The translations under genes and the position numbers were made by a program. From positions 16,370,524 through 16,434,523 of the forward strand of contig NC_057749.1 of the NCBI RefSeq assembly GCF_004010195.1: a stretch of 64,000 nt of DNA, written 5' to 3'. The notes under the pieces are model-generated. The model saw only the letters and a list, made by a program, of their open reading frames with translations. It was not told the origin of the DNA and ran no database searches. Shown piece by piece: positions 62,801 through 64,000 of this stretch (its first letter is position 1; each line of letters begins with the position of its first letter). Source of the DNA: Chiloscyllium plagiosum (taxonomy: Eukaryota).

Positions 62801-63250
62801 TTATGGTAGGGAGTCTACTTTGTGGAAAGCGCTACGTTAGTTATAATCCTTTTTGTTTTGTTAGGGAGACTATAACCAGTAGCCCACACATACCGAGAGA
62901 AATGAGGCTTCTCAAGCTTTCGCCTGTTCCAGTTCCTAACCGCACCCTGAGGGAGGAGCGAGTTGCTCACTCGGGTGAAGTCCCAATCCTAACTGCAGAG
63001 GGGAAGCTTGTTGGAAGTGACTCACTTTCCCTGCGTTTTGTGTTCGATTACAAACCACGTCTATCTTTTGAGAGAATGTTTCCCGTACGGATATTTGCAA
63101 ACCAATATTAGTATGATTCGGTTAACTTTAATATCTGGGATAGTTAAGGTCCTGTTCAGCCCTGGCCTCGGCTGAATTTAGTTCCTCTAGTTTTAACTTA
63201 CGGTCATTTCGCTTGTCACCTTGTGCCAGCATCTTTCTCTCGAGGTAAGT
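62800..63250 (+). promoter_or_regulatory. Second CpG-enriched patch with candidate 5' exon ending at donor GAG|gtaagt (63244/63245)
   Basis: Non-repetitive, CpG-retaining sequence; AP-1 site TGACTCA near 63019; perfect consensus donor. Confidence 0.45.
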
Positions 63251-63301
63251 TTACCTTTTTTTTTAAAATTCCTAATTGCCGTAAATATGTACTAAGGTTT
63301 T

Positions 63302-63571
63302 CATAGAATTCCTACAGCGTGGCCATTCGGCTCATCCAGTCCACACCAACCCTCCGAAGGGCATCCCACCCAGGCTGACACCCCCACCCCTATCCCAGTA
63401 ACCGTGTATTCCATATGGCCAATCTACCAAACCTGCACATCTTTGGACTGTGGGAACTAACCGACAGAGACACGGGGTGAATGTGTGAACTCCGCACGGA
63501 CAGTCGCCTGAGGGTACAATCGAAACTGGGTCCCTGGCGCTGTGAGGCTGCGGAGCTACTCACTGAGCCAT
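63302..63571 (-). mobile_element. HE1/V-SINE-like tRNA-derived SINE
   Basis: Reverse complement of the 60318-60630 family, with head tggctcagtgagtagc. Confidence 0.82.
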
Positions 63572-64000
63572 TCCAGGTGTTTTGTAACACCTGGGCACAT
63601 ATTCCCCTGTGGGAAAATTGTTGCTTTCTTTGACAATGTGATGTGCTGTGTACAAATTGTGGTTTTAAACGTAACGCCCCTTTGATGGGTTGTGTTATTT
63701 TCTTATTTGAAGTTCTGTGCTAACATCCAGCAAGTTAACACCCAACGTTTTAATCTCAGGAAATACATTAATCGGTCTTCCAATAATCCAACCTGCAGCC
63801 TGTCAGCTAACCCGAGCTGTGTTGCCGTATAATGTTAAATTTTAAATTCCTAACTGTCGGCTTTCGCACTCCCTCCCTGGGTAGTTCTCGGTGAAAAAGG
63901 TAATTAAAATCTCTAAGCAGTAGAGTTCAAACTTCAAACATTCTTTGTAGCTGAGAACATGTCCCTTAACTCAGTAACTGACATCACTCAAGTGTTTAAT

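Noticed and set aside
62803-63111. 102-aa plus-strand ORF in the second CpG patch
   Set aside because: No recognisable domain; it stops well before the splice donor.

Overview
Eukaryotic vertebrate DNA, most likely from a cartilaginous fish (inferred from HE1/V-SINE-like, DeuSINE, CR1 and Penelope repeat content). Two protein-coding genes lie head-to-head around a CpG island at about 50.7-52.6 kb. On the minus strand is a TTLL13-like (TTLL6/13 family) tubulin polyglutamylase, which I assembled by hand as one open frame over 15 GT-AG exons from 51062 down to 9063; its 3' end is unresolved. On the plus strand is single-exon GDPGP1 (51462-52634, HLHLH HIT motif). The 400 bp between their start codons holds eight co-oriented CCAAT boxes, RFX X-boxes, a CRE and a YY1 site. 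The TTLL13 model includes two upstream in-frame exons that add a strongly basic N-terminus, and an 18/21-nt NAGNAG microexon. Introns are rich in decayed transposons: CR1 LINEs, SINEs, LTR relics, a solo LTR, a Harbinger relic and two Penelope-like (PLE) families. The most striking non-genic pattern is a recurring TSD-flanked fold-back PLE architecture with minimal hammerhead ribozyme motifs, sometimes on both strands, in which one arm stops about 35-40 nt short of the other. Two CpG-enriched patches with plus-strand splice donors (56.6-57.3 kb and 62.8-63.25 kb) may be 5' exons of a further gene. All calls come from manual reading; repeat boundaries are approximate and no database search was run.
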